Shown here piece after piece: positions 37,906 to 50,599 of a stretch of DNA of 60,477 nt (its first letter is position 1; each line of letters begins with the position of its first letter). The notes beneath the pieces are model-generated. The model saw nothing but the letters and a program-made list of their open reading frames with translations, did not search any database and was not told the DNA's origin. Origin of the DNA: Chromera velia (lineage: Eukaryota). Position numbers and translations under genes: made by a program. The stretch spans positions 1-60,477 of the forward strand of contig JAHBMJ010000016.1 in assembly GCA_018398765.1 (NCBI GenBank), in the 5' to 3' direction.

Positions 37906-38225
37906 CGTCAGATTTCCTCCTAGACTAAGAACGTAGTCTAATTAGAGACTTATCATACCTTACCTCCTTAAGTCTGTCAGTCAGAGTTCACTTCCAAGGC
38001 CTCCATTCAAGCGATACAGGTAGACGAAGACTGTACGGCATGCTTCTATTTATTTCTGTATTGCAAGTCTATTATTTCTTTCTCTGTATTGTCAGTCTGT
38101 CACTTAATTCTCTTAGTGCAGTTAATTAATGCCGACCGGGCTTAGTATTGCGAAGTTAGTTTCCCAGTCCCAGTTCTAGCAAGTTTGGCGGGTGATCAAG
38201 TCACTGTACAAGCCACAACATAACG
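37906..38225 (-). repeat. 5' LTR (320 bp)
   Basis: Direct repeat of 32494-32812. Confidence 0.93.
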
Positions 38226-38619
38226 GTGAGCGTCAGAGCGACTCAGTGCTCGGCTATAGCTTCACCTATATCTGATCTCAATCTCGTAGCCTCATCATCA
38301 GAAGGAGTCTCAATGTACGGTCTTGCTGCTTGGCCTCTAGATAGGCCAGTTTGATGCAGTACTTTTTGCTTGATTGCATGTGTGCATGCTCTATCGATCC
38401 GTCGTACGTCACCTACGCTTGCTTTGCGCGCAGGCCGTGAAGCTTCGACTTGGCGCGAATTGACTTGACTTTGCTTGTGCCACTTTACGTATAGCAGTAT
38501 TTCCAGTATATGGTGATAATATTTATATGATCGATTAACTTACAGTAACTTACAGTGATTCATAGTACATTGGATGGCAGGCTTGAAGTGAAATAAGCTG
38601 TGCAATATGTGTAAGAGCA

Positions 38620-41600
38620 TTATCTGGATGGCAAAAGAAAATCAGCGAGACACAAATTTCGGAGAGTGAAGCGAATGTCGCATCCTTGACTTTCCCAAAC
38701 ATGCGCTTTCCCTTCCTTGTCTTGCGAAGCTCTGCTGCCGCCCACGTCAAGCCTTCCCCCATTTTGCAAAGGCGCATCGGAGTGCTGCTGCGTCGCGAGA
38801 GTGCCGCTGCCTCCTCCCGCCAGGGCTGCCCACCCCCCTTCCACTCCCCCGACTGCGCATGGTGGCGCGGGCCCCCCGTCTCTCAAAAGAGACACGAGCC
38901 GGGGCCCTTCTGAGATTCTTGGAGGGCCCCCACCGTCCACCCACTCGGCAGCCTTCCGTTGTCTGGCAAGGGACTCGACCAGCCGGTCACTTGCTGGCGA
39001 TGGTCGCGGCCTCTCGCCTCCTGAGCTCAGACTTTGAGCCTGGCCACTGTGGGGGCTCGCCCCATCTCCCTCCCTCAAAAGAGGGGCCCTGCTGGATGTC
39101 CCTGCAGAGTCCGATCCTCTCATCCCCCTCCTTCCTAAAGGCACAGCGAAGAGTTCAATCATGGATCCTCCACTGGAACCGCCGCTCGGGCGCCCACTCC
39201 TGCCCAAACCTGAACTCTTCACTGCAGTCACTGTCTGTAGAGGTAGGCGTGCTGTGGCAAAGCACAGAGCATCACAAGACAGACAATGGAACAGGGTCCA
39301 ATTCTGCCCCCCCCTCTCCTCTCCATCAGCCAACACAGGCCCTCCCGATACCCCAGGGCCCAAACGACCCAGGCCTGTGTCGAGCCGAAGGGCCCCGGCA
39401 CCGCAGACCCCAGCTTCCTCCTCTGCCGCCCCCTCATCAATGAAACCCGAGGACGTACAAAGAAGGGATGCAACCGCAGAGGAAACTCCTGCCTCTCTGA
39501 GATGACCGGCAGTCTGAGCACTGAGGGGCAAAGCCCCCAACGCCCAAGCCGCCTCAGCAGTCTCTGCAGATGCGTGCTCAGGACTACACACACTGTGGAG
39601 GAGTGGCAGTATCAGAGACACTTTTCCTAGCTGCCCCCCCCCTCCTCTTTCCATTACTGTGCCCCTTTCTCGCACCCTTCCAATGTCCCCCCCGTCTACT
39701 TTCAAATTTATCTCACCCGAACAAGGACGAACCCCCCCCTGCAACACCAGATCTACATCTGCATCATCGAGTTTTCTTTTCCTGGCGGCAGTGCGAGGAG
39801 ACTCACTGGCCCCGGACAGACGAGACCGTACGGAGGTCCAACGGAGTGCTGTGAGACTTTTGGGACACGGCAGCTGGGAGCTTTCTCTTTCTCTTTCTCT
39901 TTCTCGGCCTGGGCGCTTCTCTCTGTGACTACAGGATGAACACTTGTGAAAATCCTCTGACAGCCAGAACGCGATGGTTGGCGTTCTTCTAGAAGACGGG
40001 AAGTGCACAGAGTCATCCCCAGAGACAACCGGGGAGACACGACTAGAAGGAACAAAAAAGGCACACGAACCGCAAGGGCAGGCCACTCGCGTGACCTCAC
40101 TAAGGTTGTCACTTCGCTCCTCCCCCCTCTCCTTGTTGTCGTGCTGGGCTAGGCGCCCCCCTGTCTTCCCCTTCCCTGCTGCTAGAAAAAGGGCAGCCGC
40201 AATTTCCTCCCGACCCCGCCGCATTCTCTCAAAGCTAGACACAGACGAGAGGAGCTGCAGCCCGAAAGGCGACAGCGGCCAAGGGGGCATAACGACCTGG
40301 CAGCCGAGCACTCCGTGAGCTGCGAACGAGGAAAGTCCCAGTCCCTCTACGAGGAGAGACATGAGCACAGAAAACCCAAGCATGACAGGAACAGGCATGC
40401 CTAGAAAGAACCCGGACCCGTCTCCATCATACCCCCCTCTTCCCTCCTCCACCCCCCCTTGAATCGATGCAGAGCTGCTGCAGCTGAGCAAATCACAAGA
40501 AGGATCTTCTAAGATCGCCACGCTTCCTCCAACCGCAGCTGCACTTCTCAGAAAATCAAACACGAGGGGCAATATCGCAGCGAAAGCTCCGAGAGACACA
40601 AGGCTCCCTGACTTGGTTGCACCGCAAACGAAAGCAGCAGGTCTCTCACCCACCCCCCTTCCTTCCTCCACTGTCAGGGGTAGCCTCAACACCCGAAGAC
40701 CGGGCGGGGCCTCTACTAGAGGAGAGGCGCCCTCAACTCGAAAGTCCACCACGTGGGAAGGCCACAAACCTCCAGTCATGCGGACGAGGTGACGGAAACT
40801 CAAGGGCGGAAGAGGGGAAGCAGAAAACACAGCGGACTGTTCTAGGCAGCTCGCTGAGAAGAGACGGTTTTCCATCTCTCTTTTCGAGGGGCCGGTCCAA
40901 AGGAAAAGGTCCGAAAGGACCGCTTCCACACGCCCCCTTTCAGCCAGCATTCGCTGAGGATGGAGGAGGGTCGCGAGACTGTCCATGGTGGGAGGTCCCA
41001 AAAGGCAAGTGTGCGACAACAACGCCAGGGTTCCGCCCATCTCCGTCTCCATACCTCCGTCTCCCCTTCCCGTTGAAGGACACGAGGAGGCCCTGTCGAC
41101 AGGCGAGTCAAGGGGGAGGGGAGAAAGGGGTGCTCTGTGGCTCTCTCCTCCTCCCACCTGCTGATGGGGTCGAGAGGAAACACAGGGGGCAACTGCTTGG
41201 TGTGCAAGGGGAAGAGTGTCTGCGGATAGCACCCACGAAAGGGGGGGGCAGGTGCAGAGTGCCGCACACTTGCAGACGTCTGTTCTCTGCATTGACATTG
41301 ACATTGACGGTCCCCCGACCACTGCTGGGTCCCTTGTGCCCCCCGATCGTGTGCCCGCAAAGCGCTCCATTGTCTCAACAGCCTCATCGTCAGTAGAGTT
41401 GTCACTCGAATCTGACGATGACGATGCCCCCACTGGAGGGGGGGGCAGGGGCTCTGCACTGAAACTTCTCCCTGGCATTTGCCTCAGAGAGAGGTCAAAG
41501 GGGAGAGCACTTAGTCGCCTCGAAGAGACGTTGGCGTTGCTCTTTTGGAGCCGTCTGACTTGAAAGAAACGCAAAGCTTTCTGGAAGGTCGACAGAGACC

Positions 41601-44600
41601 CCGACACCGGCTGTCGGTTCACAATGGAGACTGAAGGATCGGGCCAACCAGGCCCGTCAGCGTCAGCAAGAGTTCGGTCCACCTGCTGAGCTGCACCTAA
41701 CGAAAATGTATTCGGGTGGAGAGACGTAGAAAGACTGCCCCTCTGACGGATTACTTCCGCTACCCCTTTTGGATGTTGCAACTGTTGCCCCCCCCCAACG
41801 ACTCCCATGAGGAGCATATGAGAGGATTTCTTTCTCTCAGCCGAACCCACGGGGAAGGGACTGAAATCTGGCCGCGCCCCTGCGGCCACTGCACAAAGCA
41901 TCTTGGCAAAGAACAAGGCAGCTCCGTCTATTGAAGGACGGCGCAAAGCATCTCGCACGAGGAGACGCTTGACAAATCCCAACAGGAGCGGGTCATGTCC
42001 AAGCCTCCCTGCATTCTCTCGACTGATCAAGTCATGGTCCCCCTCCTCTCCCCCCTCTCCTCCAACTGCCCCTCCTTCTATTGAGGGAAGGCCTCTGCCC
42101 CACGACCCTGCCTCCCTTGCTGAAAATGATCCTTCCTGTTCATTGTGGGTTTGCCCCCTGCTGGTCGATATTTGCCGTCCCTTCCCTGTGACACGAAGGA
42201 AGAAAGAGATCCAGTCGTCGTCAAAGAACAAAAAGCGATCGGCAACAACCTCAAAGAACAGACAACCGAGAGCCCACACATCGGAGGCAAACGAGGTGCC
42301 TCCAGCCATACGTCGGTCGAAGTCTGCAAGGGCCCTCTCGCCCTCTGGTCCTGCTGCGTCTCTTGTTTCACTTGCACTGGCCCTCCCCTCCCCCGGAGCT
42401 GCCGGAGCAGACAGGTCTTCTTCTGTTGATGGACCTGGAGACTTGGGGGGACGGTGTGGTCTCTCCCTAGAACGACTGCGACGGCGGTTGGAGGGTGTCA
42501 CTGCTCCGGGGCGAGTTTTGCGGGAGTGACGCGACCGCCCGGGCCCTGTCGCTTCTCCTGCAGCGGTGACAGGCGTCCTCGGAGCCGAATGAAGCATTTC
42601 GGGCGGTTTCACAAACTCTGTTCCCCTGTTTCGGGTGCAGTGGGTGGCACGATGGGTGGTTAAGGGTGAGTGGGAGTGGCGGTGGTGAGAGATGCTTTGG
42701 TTGAGGGGGCGTGTGAGGGCGAGGGATGTGAGGATAGACGCGGGTTGGGGTGGGGGCAAGTTTCGTCTCTGTTCCTGCACTTCTCCTTCTGCTTCTGGAG
42801 GCGTCTCCAAAGGCCACACGGAAGGATCGTCCGCTGTCTGCGGAAAGTCTCCCGATCTAGCGGTGGAGGGGCCCTCTGAAGGGCCTCCTGAGCTCTTGGA
42901 GCCCAAGTCTGAACAGGCAGATGTACTGGGTAGGGAGGAAGAAGCACTTAAGTGGATGTTGTTGGAACAGCCACGTGCGCCCTCGTTTGCGTGTGGGGAG
43001 ACAAGAAGGGGAAGAATGCGCGACTCCCCAAAGTCCCCTACAGCTATAAGGGGAACTGCCACCCTCATCCACCCCTTCTCTCCTCCCCCTCCCATTCCCC
43101 CCTCCATCACATTCCCCTCAGGCAGCTCCTCATCTTCAACCGAGTCCCCGAGCAAATTCGGAACTGAGGGTTTCCGGGGACTCCACCCACTGAAGGCTCG
43201 AGGGAGCCAGACAGACAGGGACAATCGGGGTTCAACCATAACGTTGTCTGCTTTCAAGTCGTAGTGCACGATGCCACGTGAATGCATCGAGCTGACGGCT
43301 GCCACCACCTGGCTGTACGCCCCGACCAACTGCGCCAGCTCGTTATTCCATCCACTCCGTCTCACCGCCCCCCTTGCTGCGGCCTCACTTTCATCTCTCT
43401 TTCGTTTGCTCAGCGCGGATCTCCATTTCTTCAGGGTTGTGGGATAGAATTTCATCACGATCTTGAACCCCCCCTCCTTCGGGTCCACACCGAAGTCAAA
43501 CGCTAGACAAACGCAACAGGAAACGGCACAGAGGACGAAGTCTTCTAAGCAGGCAATCTCAAAGAAGGCATCGTGAAACACACACCTGTCTTGAAGAGTG
43601 ACGGGCAAATGCATCTGTTTCACCGCCACCCCCTGCGCCCAGACCTCAGGGGAGTTTCTGTCTCCCAGATCTGTTCTGTCCCCCTTCAACCCCCCCCAAC
43701 AGACGGGGGCAAAGGCCGAGTGGACCCCGTGACGAACGACAGAGCCGAATGCTCCCGCTCCCACCTTCTCAGACCCGTGCTTTGCCTGCGCCTGTTCCAC
43801 AACGCGCGGCTTGCCCTCTTCACACGAGGCACCTGCGACCTTCCCCCGCCCCTCGGGAGACAGCGGTAACACTCGCCCCTCCCCCTGGAAAGGAAAATAA
43901 GGCCACTTGTGCCACAATGCACCCACCAACAATTTCATTAAACGCAACACGTCGGCACTCACCCCTGGGAGCAGCACCCCCCTCCCGACCCCCACCCACC
44001 TCCAAGGCGCCTGTCTGACCAACGCACGCTGTCTTCTGAACGACCGCGCGAGAGCGGGGGACCCCCACACACCCGGGTTTGTTGGCTGTGGAAGCATCAG
44101 AAGCAGCGCGAGGGCTTCTCTATTCGCACTGTGGTTTAAATGATGGTGCAGAACAAAGGGTGCATTGAAATTCGGTTTTTCGGGACCGAGTGGGTACTGC
44201 TCAATGTAGAGCGGCTGTACAAGACCTCGGATAGGCGCAACCGCTGCAGCCCCCCAAAGAGGCGCTGAAGACTTTTGACCCCCCTGGGCGTCTCCTCGGT
44301 CTGCGCTCTCCTCTACATCCAAAAGGGGTTTGGCATTCGGGACGATTGGGGGAGCCTCGAGACAGAGACTCAGAACCAAAGACAGAGCGCGAGCATGAAG
44401 TGCAGGCACAGAACACAGACGGCGCGATGCCCGTGCAAGACGGAAAAGCGCTTCTTCATCTCTTTCAACTTCAGCTGCTACTGCATCATAGTCCCCATCT
44501 ACCAAAGTCACCTGGGTCCTCTTTTTATGCAGCACCCCCCCTGCTTCTCTCGGACTTCGCACCCCTTCTTCCTTATCCCTGAGTAAACCATCCCCCACCA

Positions 44601-47600
44601 TCCTGGCTGGCTGCCCCTCTGACCGAAGGTGCCTCTGCTGTTCTGAAAACACCACACGGACCCCCCCCCGCTGCCCAATTCCACCTCTGCCCCCCCCCTC
44701 ATTCGGCCTTCCCTGGTCCCCCACGGCTACCCTTCCCCTTTCACGACCAGCTGGGAGGACGGGGGCCTGTGCAGACTTTGCTGCAGTTGCTGCTGCCCAT
44801 GCTCTCTTGAAGGACGCACGGGCATCGGCCCCTGCTTCCATCGCCTGCAAGAGGTGCGGTGCGGGGGGGGGAGGGGGAATTAGGGGGGCGGGTGGTGGGG
44901 GTGCGGCTTCTGGCGAGGCGAATCTCTCTGATGACCCGGAAGAGGAGGTCATGCTCTCACCTCCTGAAGAGGAGGAGGGGGATAGGGGAGGTGTATGCTG
45001 GGCGTATTGCATTGCTTCTTTGGGGGGTTCAGGATGCGGCGGTGAAATTGGTACAGATCGAGCAGCTGCCTGCCGGTTTCTCTCGACTGCTCTCTTGGCC
45101 TCGATAGGAGGTCCCGTTCCCCCTCTGAGGCTGTGACGAGACGGCCGGATGTGACCTGCGGGGGGTGCAGTATCGACAGCTCGAAGAGGGGGGGGTTTCG
45201 GGAGAACCCCGAAGGGAGGTGGCGGCCTTGCTTCGGGAAAAGTGGGTGGGCATTCCGAAGGATTCCCCTCGGGCTCGTCTTCTATCTCACGAGTGACTCG
45301 GGGATTTCCTGTGAAGAGAGTCAAAGGAACTGGAGGTGGAGGGGGGGGGCCTATGACCTGACGCTGGAGACTTCCAACGCCGGTCTTCTGGAAGAGCTTG
45401 ACTGAGTGCCCCAAGTCCCCAGGTGTCCAGCTGGCACTCAACGGTTTCCCCCCCCTCTTTTGATTATAATCCTCAGATGGGCGGAGGCGAGGGGGTGCAG
45501 GACTTCGTCGACGCTCTACTCTTGGGACACGGGAGGGTTGAGACACACGACTGAAGTTTAGAGAAAGGCGCGGGACAGAGGGGGGGGGAGGGACCGGTGG
45601 GGGAGGGGGCTCGGAGGTCCGTCTACCCCTCGATCCCTTTCCCTTTCTTGTCTCCTCCTGCGCTTCTTCCTCTGCTTCGCTGTCGCTGCTGACACGGCCA
45701 TATCTGTCATATTCCCTTCCCCTTACATGGAAAGAAGGGTAGTCTTCTTCCGCATCGGAAACCTCACGAGACATGCCGCCTCCTCCCGTTGTTCTCCACT
45801 CAGCTCGGGGAGGAGGAACGGACGGCGCCTCTGCTTCCCCACGTCTTGAGAGGCCCACAGAAAAGGAGATCGACCGTTTCTGCCCTTTCTCCCCTCTTCC
45901 CTCTCGCCCCTCAATCAGACCGCGCGATTCGCCTCTGAGGTCTGGACCCGAACCTGTGGCAGGGGGGATTGCCTCGAGGCGTCTGAAGAGCAAATGGCTC
46001 GAGGGAGCAGAGGGATCTGGAGGGGGCAGAATTTCTCTACCGTCATTCAGAAACGGGAGGGGGGGAGGGGGACGAACGAGATCCGACGGGGCGTTTTCAT
46101 CTAGTCGGCCTCCCTCTCTGTCGATCCGATCGTTTCTCTCCTCAAAGCTCTGTGCGGAATCGGCACGAAGCAGTGCTGCCAGAGAGACTGCACCTCCGCC
46201 CACTCTGCTGTCCATTCTGCCTCTGTCGCTCCTCCTGGAGTCGCCTCCCGGAGAGGGAGAGGGAGGGTCGGACTCATCTCGTGAGGACACAGAGGGGGGA
46301 GGGGGGAGGGCGTGGTTGCCCCCACCGGCAGCGAACTTGGCAGCAGCCCTTTTGTCCTCCTCAATCTCTTCGACCACGCATGGCGGAAGACCCTGCATGC
46401 ATGCAGATTTTTTTGTTTTGGGAACAGAAAGGAAGGAAACGAATTGAGATGAGAGAGGCAACTGGAATATTTGGTTTTAGATATCAAAAATTCGTTGAGA
46501 GGCAGCGTGAAACTAAAGCTGAAACCCAGACCTCACTCGGTGAAGGGAAATTCAGGAATCATTTGACAGTTTTCAAATTTTACTTTTCAATCTTGTCTGA
46601 CTGACCTCATAGGTTGGAGGAGCGCATCCCTTCAAGGAGAGGGCCGGGATGGCAAATCTCGGTTTGGGTTTCGGTTTGGGCGCTGCTACGACTCTCTGTC
46701 TGCCGCTTTTCTTCTTTCCTCCAGAACCGTGTGTGTCCGATGAGTCTGTGAAGGAGTCGGAGTCGGTGTCGGCATCAGAAGACGACAACGGCGTGGAGGA
46801 AGACAAGGAAGAGGAACCGGTGGGAGGGGGAAGGTTGGAGGGTATTGGTTCCTTCACAACTGTGTCTGATGGGGGTTGCTGAGGACGGGTGGCGGAATGT
46901 CCAGAAGAAGAGGATGAGGTGATTGAAGAGGAAGAAGGAGGATTGGGGGGAACAACGGGAGGCACAGGGGCGGGGGGCACTTGGGGTGCTGGATATCGAG
47001 TAGAAGAGGGGATGGAGGACGAAGAAGAGGTTAGAGAGGAGGGGGGCTTCCCAAAGTCTCCCCCGTCTCCTTTGCTCCCCCCACCCGAGTTATCTGGCAC
47101 ATGTTGCCCCATGCCCCCTTCCTCTGGTGCTTGACTCCTGTTCTCCTTCTCCTTCTGTCCCAGTAGAGCCATCTGGGCCTTTTTCTTCTCTGCCTCGATT
47201 TCTTCGACCGCGGCAGGCGGGAGGCCCTGCACACAACACTCATGCATTCCATACATGCGACACTATGCGGGAAAATTTCAAGACCGCACTGCTCCGTCGC
47301 TTCTATATGTTCGACCGCGGCAGAAGAATGGGCCCTGCAGAAAAAGGAAAAGTAAAAGAGAACCGCAGATCTCGAGGATCACAAACGGAGCCTTGCAGTA
47401 CTTCAAGACCACCTGTCGGCAAGTTGTCAAGAGGACTCTATCAAATGATCCGCGAGGAAAGAAAATAAGGGAAGCACACACGTGCGTTCTCATCAGCGTT
47501 CGACCTGACCTCGTATGTAGGAGGTGCGCATCCTCCCAGTGAGAGCTTGGGAATTGCCATCCGGCCCTTGGGCTTGGGTTTCGGCTTGGGGGGTTGCGCC

Positions 47601-49464
47601 TCAATGACGGCACGCTGGGGGTGTTGTTGCTGTGCAGGTGGTGCGGGGAGTGCGGGTTGCGGGTCTGCAGACTCCTCCGGGGTTCTGGAGGAGGAGGAAC
47701 TTGTTTGTGTGTCAGGGGCCTGGGGTGGGGGGGCGGTTTCAGGGGGTCCGAGGGGGCGAGGGGGGCTCTGAGGGTGAGGGGGGAGGGAAGATGGGATGAG
47801 AGGTACGGGAACCGAGGAGGGATGAGGGGGAGGTCGTGCGAGTGGCTGGGGTTTGGCATCAGAGGAGGAGTGAGAGGGCAATCCTGAGGGAGGAGCTGGA
47901 GGGGTAAGGCGAGCTCTGTCTCCTGCCGGAGCACTCTTTTGCCTGCCGTGTGTGAATTTTTCCTCCATTGGTTGAACCTTTTGCTTCGGTTTGGCTGGAC
48001 TCACGCCCGCGCTGGCTGGTTGCGCAGGTAAGTCGGAAAACACAGGGCCCACCCTTGCCCCTCCTGCTGCCTCCACCCATTGACCCCTTCCTGTGCCTGC
48101 CGATAAGGGGGCTGTGAGGCTCTCAGGATCGGCATCGCGCTGCCTCTCTACCCATATGAGAGTGTCCGGAGTGCGGACGGCAATGGGGCGGTCCGACAGA
48201 GCCAAAGGAAGGTCAGACAAGGCCAGACGAGGCACATGAATCCCATGCAGCTCCCTCTGTCCCCTCCCGGACAACGGGACATACGTGAGGCCACAAGCAG
48301 AGGGTCTTTCTCTTTCCTGCCCTTCCCCTACTCTTCCTTCTCTTGCTCCTGCATGCGTATCTCTCTCTCGGCCACTCCCTCTGTCATCATACCAAGCACT
48401 TTCGTCCCTCCTTCCATCCACAAACTCCTCTTCTAAAGACAGATGCACATGATTGCCTCGGTCAGTATCCTTATCACCGTCTATTTCCGCACTCCCGGAC
48501 TCGATTTCTCTCGAGAAGTGCCAAGGGGGCATGGGAGGAACCGGAACTGCCCCGAGGAGCCCCCATCGACTGGCGAACGGATTGGGATCAAACCACACCA
48601 CCACCTCAGGCTGACAGACCGCCTCATCATCCCGCGCTACCATCACTGCCGTTCCACAGGCGTCTGTCTCATACTCTCCCGATGTCGGAGGAGAGTATGC
48701 TGGGACTTGACCTGGCCCGGCAGCTAAAGAGGGAACTGCGGCCCCTGGAGGAGTGGAATACAGACGGCCAGAGGGGGGAGAGGGAGAATGTGGAGAGACG
48801 ACAGGGGAGCGGTTAGACGTCGCAGCATTCTGATACGAATCCGCCCCTGCAGAAGGTGAGGCAGAGACTGACGCTGACGCCGTGGCTGAAGACGAGGAGT
48901 GTTCAGACGAGTGCCCACCCTTGGTGCTCTTGTGAGGAGACGGAACGGGGACCAGCCGACCTGCTGTGTTGGGGGCGTTGTCTCCTCCGCGTGCTGTTCC
49001 TGCGGTAGCGTTGGAACGGCCTCTCTCGCTGTTCAGTCTCCGCAGCGTTGTCAGCTGGAGCTTCTCTTCCATCTTCACAAACCTGCATTCATCGTCACAT
49101 CGTTTCATAGTGTGTAGAGAAGAGAAGAGAAGAGAACAGGAGAGAGAGCACAAAATCCACAGGAGAGGCACACCACCAGCATGTCGGGACTTGCAAGCAT
49201 GGACAATTGACGATACATGGAATCGATTTTCTTCTGCAGCGCCACGAAAATGAGATTCGAATTCTCTGCGCTTCTTCAACCGCTTGCCCGCTCTTCCCCT
49301 TCTTCTCTTTGGACCCGTCCAAACCTTGTCCAATCCCCCCCCAAGCACGCACGCCGGCATCCTCACTCCTCTTCCTGCCGACCGACCTGTTCTTCAGCAA
49401 GGCAGCCTCGCTCTCGAGAGCCAGCTCGCTGATTAGGAAATCCATCACCCGAGTTTGGAAGAAC
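38620..49464 (-). CDS. Very large Ser/Thr protein kinase-domain protein, last four exons
   Basis: Phase-compatible exons 49464-49387, 49082-47510, 47226-46606 and 46392-38620. Kinase motifs GAGAFG, VAVK, HYDLKADN, DFG, RGTEFVKPPE and SDVWALGCLFFE lie at ~43770-41930, split by low-complexity inserts. Confidence 0.88.
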
Positions 49465-50599
49465 CTGCAGGCAGGTTGGCAGGGGAACGGATGAGGAGAC
49501 GGAGAAGGAGAGGCATGCAGGGAGATTGAGGAAAATCAGAGGCGTCAGTTAAAGAGACGGCAGGAAGACAACAATGAAACAACAATACCGCTGATTCCAG
49601 GACGGGCAGACGAACAGAGGATCTGAATGAGAACATCTGAAAGTCGTTACCAGGAAAACAGAGGACATTCTCTCTGTCACGCTCTCTTCTCCTGTACTGC
49701 TTGCTTTGCCTACAATCCTCCCTGAATGTTCACACACCAGTTCGGTTCCTTCATTCGCACCTTTTTCCAGTAGCTTCCCTGAGGTCTCCGCCCCCCTCTA
49801 ATCGCTCTAGCTTTTTACACGACCTTTCAAACGTACTGCCTCAGACCAAACCAGATCAACCCACCTGTCCGCAGTCTGCCGACCCCCATGGCATGCCAGG
49901 GCCCGGAGCACGTCAAGGTGCCGGATGCAGGCGGAGGTCTCGAGGGGCCCAAACTGCATTTTTGACACAGAAGTTGATTTTAGAACTTCTTATTGTCCCA
50001 AAATGCTTCCAAACACACCACCTTCGAGACAGACACTACGAATCATTCTCTCTCTTTCTCTCTGTCCCTCTCAGTTTCCCTCTCTGTCTGTGTTCGTCCA
50101 CAAATCTTGATGTGCGATCACCCCTTTCACAGCTGTCAGACACAGAAAAGCTAGGGAAGACACACGGATCACCTTCAGGACAGCCACAAACAGTCCATCT
50201 ATACAAGAGTGTCGTGCACGGTGAACGCAGCGAGAGAAAAGACAGTTCAGAGAAAGGCACCGAAAGACTTACAGAGCTCTTGCCGAGTTCTCTGAGGACT
50301 GAAACAAAGTGATTCCGGACGCTCGCTCCCTCTCCAGCAGAAAGGCCTTCGTCCAATCTGGAGAGGGGAAGGGAAGGCAGACATCAAAAAGAAAAGCCGA
50401 GAGGAACACAAATGTGCACAGCATGTTCAGGCATACTACGGTAGGAGAGAACTGGAGCGGAGACACTGATCCGAGAGTGACAAACGTATCTGTCACACCG
50501 AAAGGAAATTGAAGTCAACAGGATGGTACGAGAGATGATGCGAAAATCAACCACCAAAACAAATGAAGCAGACGAGAAGACAATCAGAATAAAAAATCG

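Larger units (their letters stand above)
32494..38225 (-). mobile_element. Full-length decayed Ty3/Gypsy LTR retrotransposon (chromovirus)
   Basis: LTRs at 32494-32812 and 37906-38225; 5-bp TSD GTGAG (32489-32493, 38226-38230). PBS-like TGCTAGCAGCAGAGC follows the 5' LTR and a polypurine tract GGGGGGGGAGAGGG precedes the 3' LTR. Domain order gag-PR-RT-RH-IN-chromo. Confidence 0.95.

Noticed and set aside
38686..46604. Many plus-strand ORFs overlapping the kinase exon
   Set aside because: They are antisense shadows of a GC-rich coding region.
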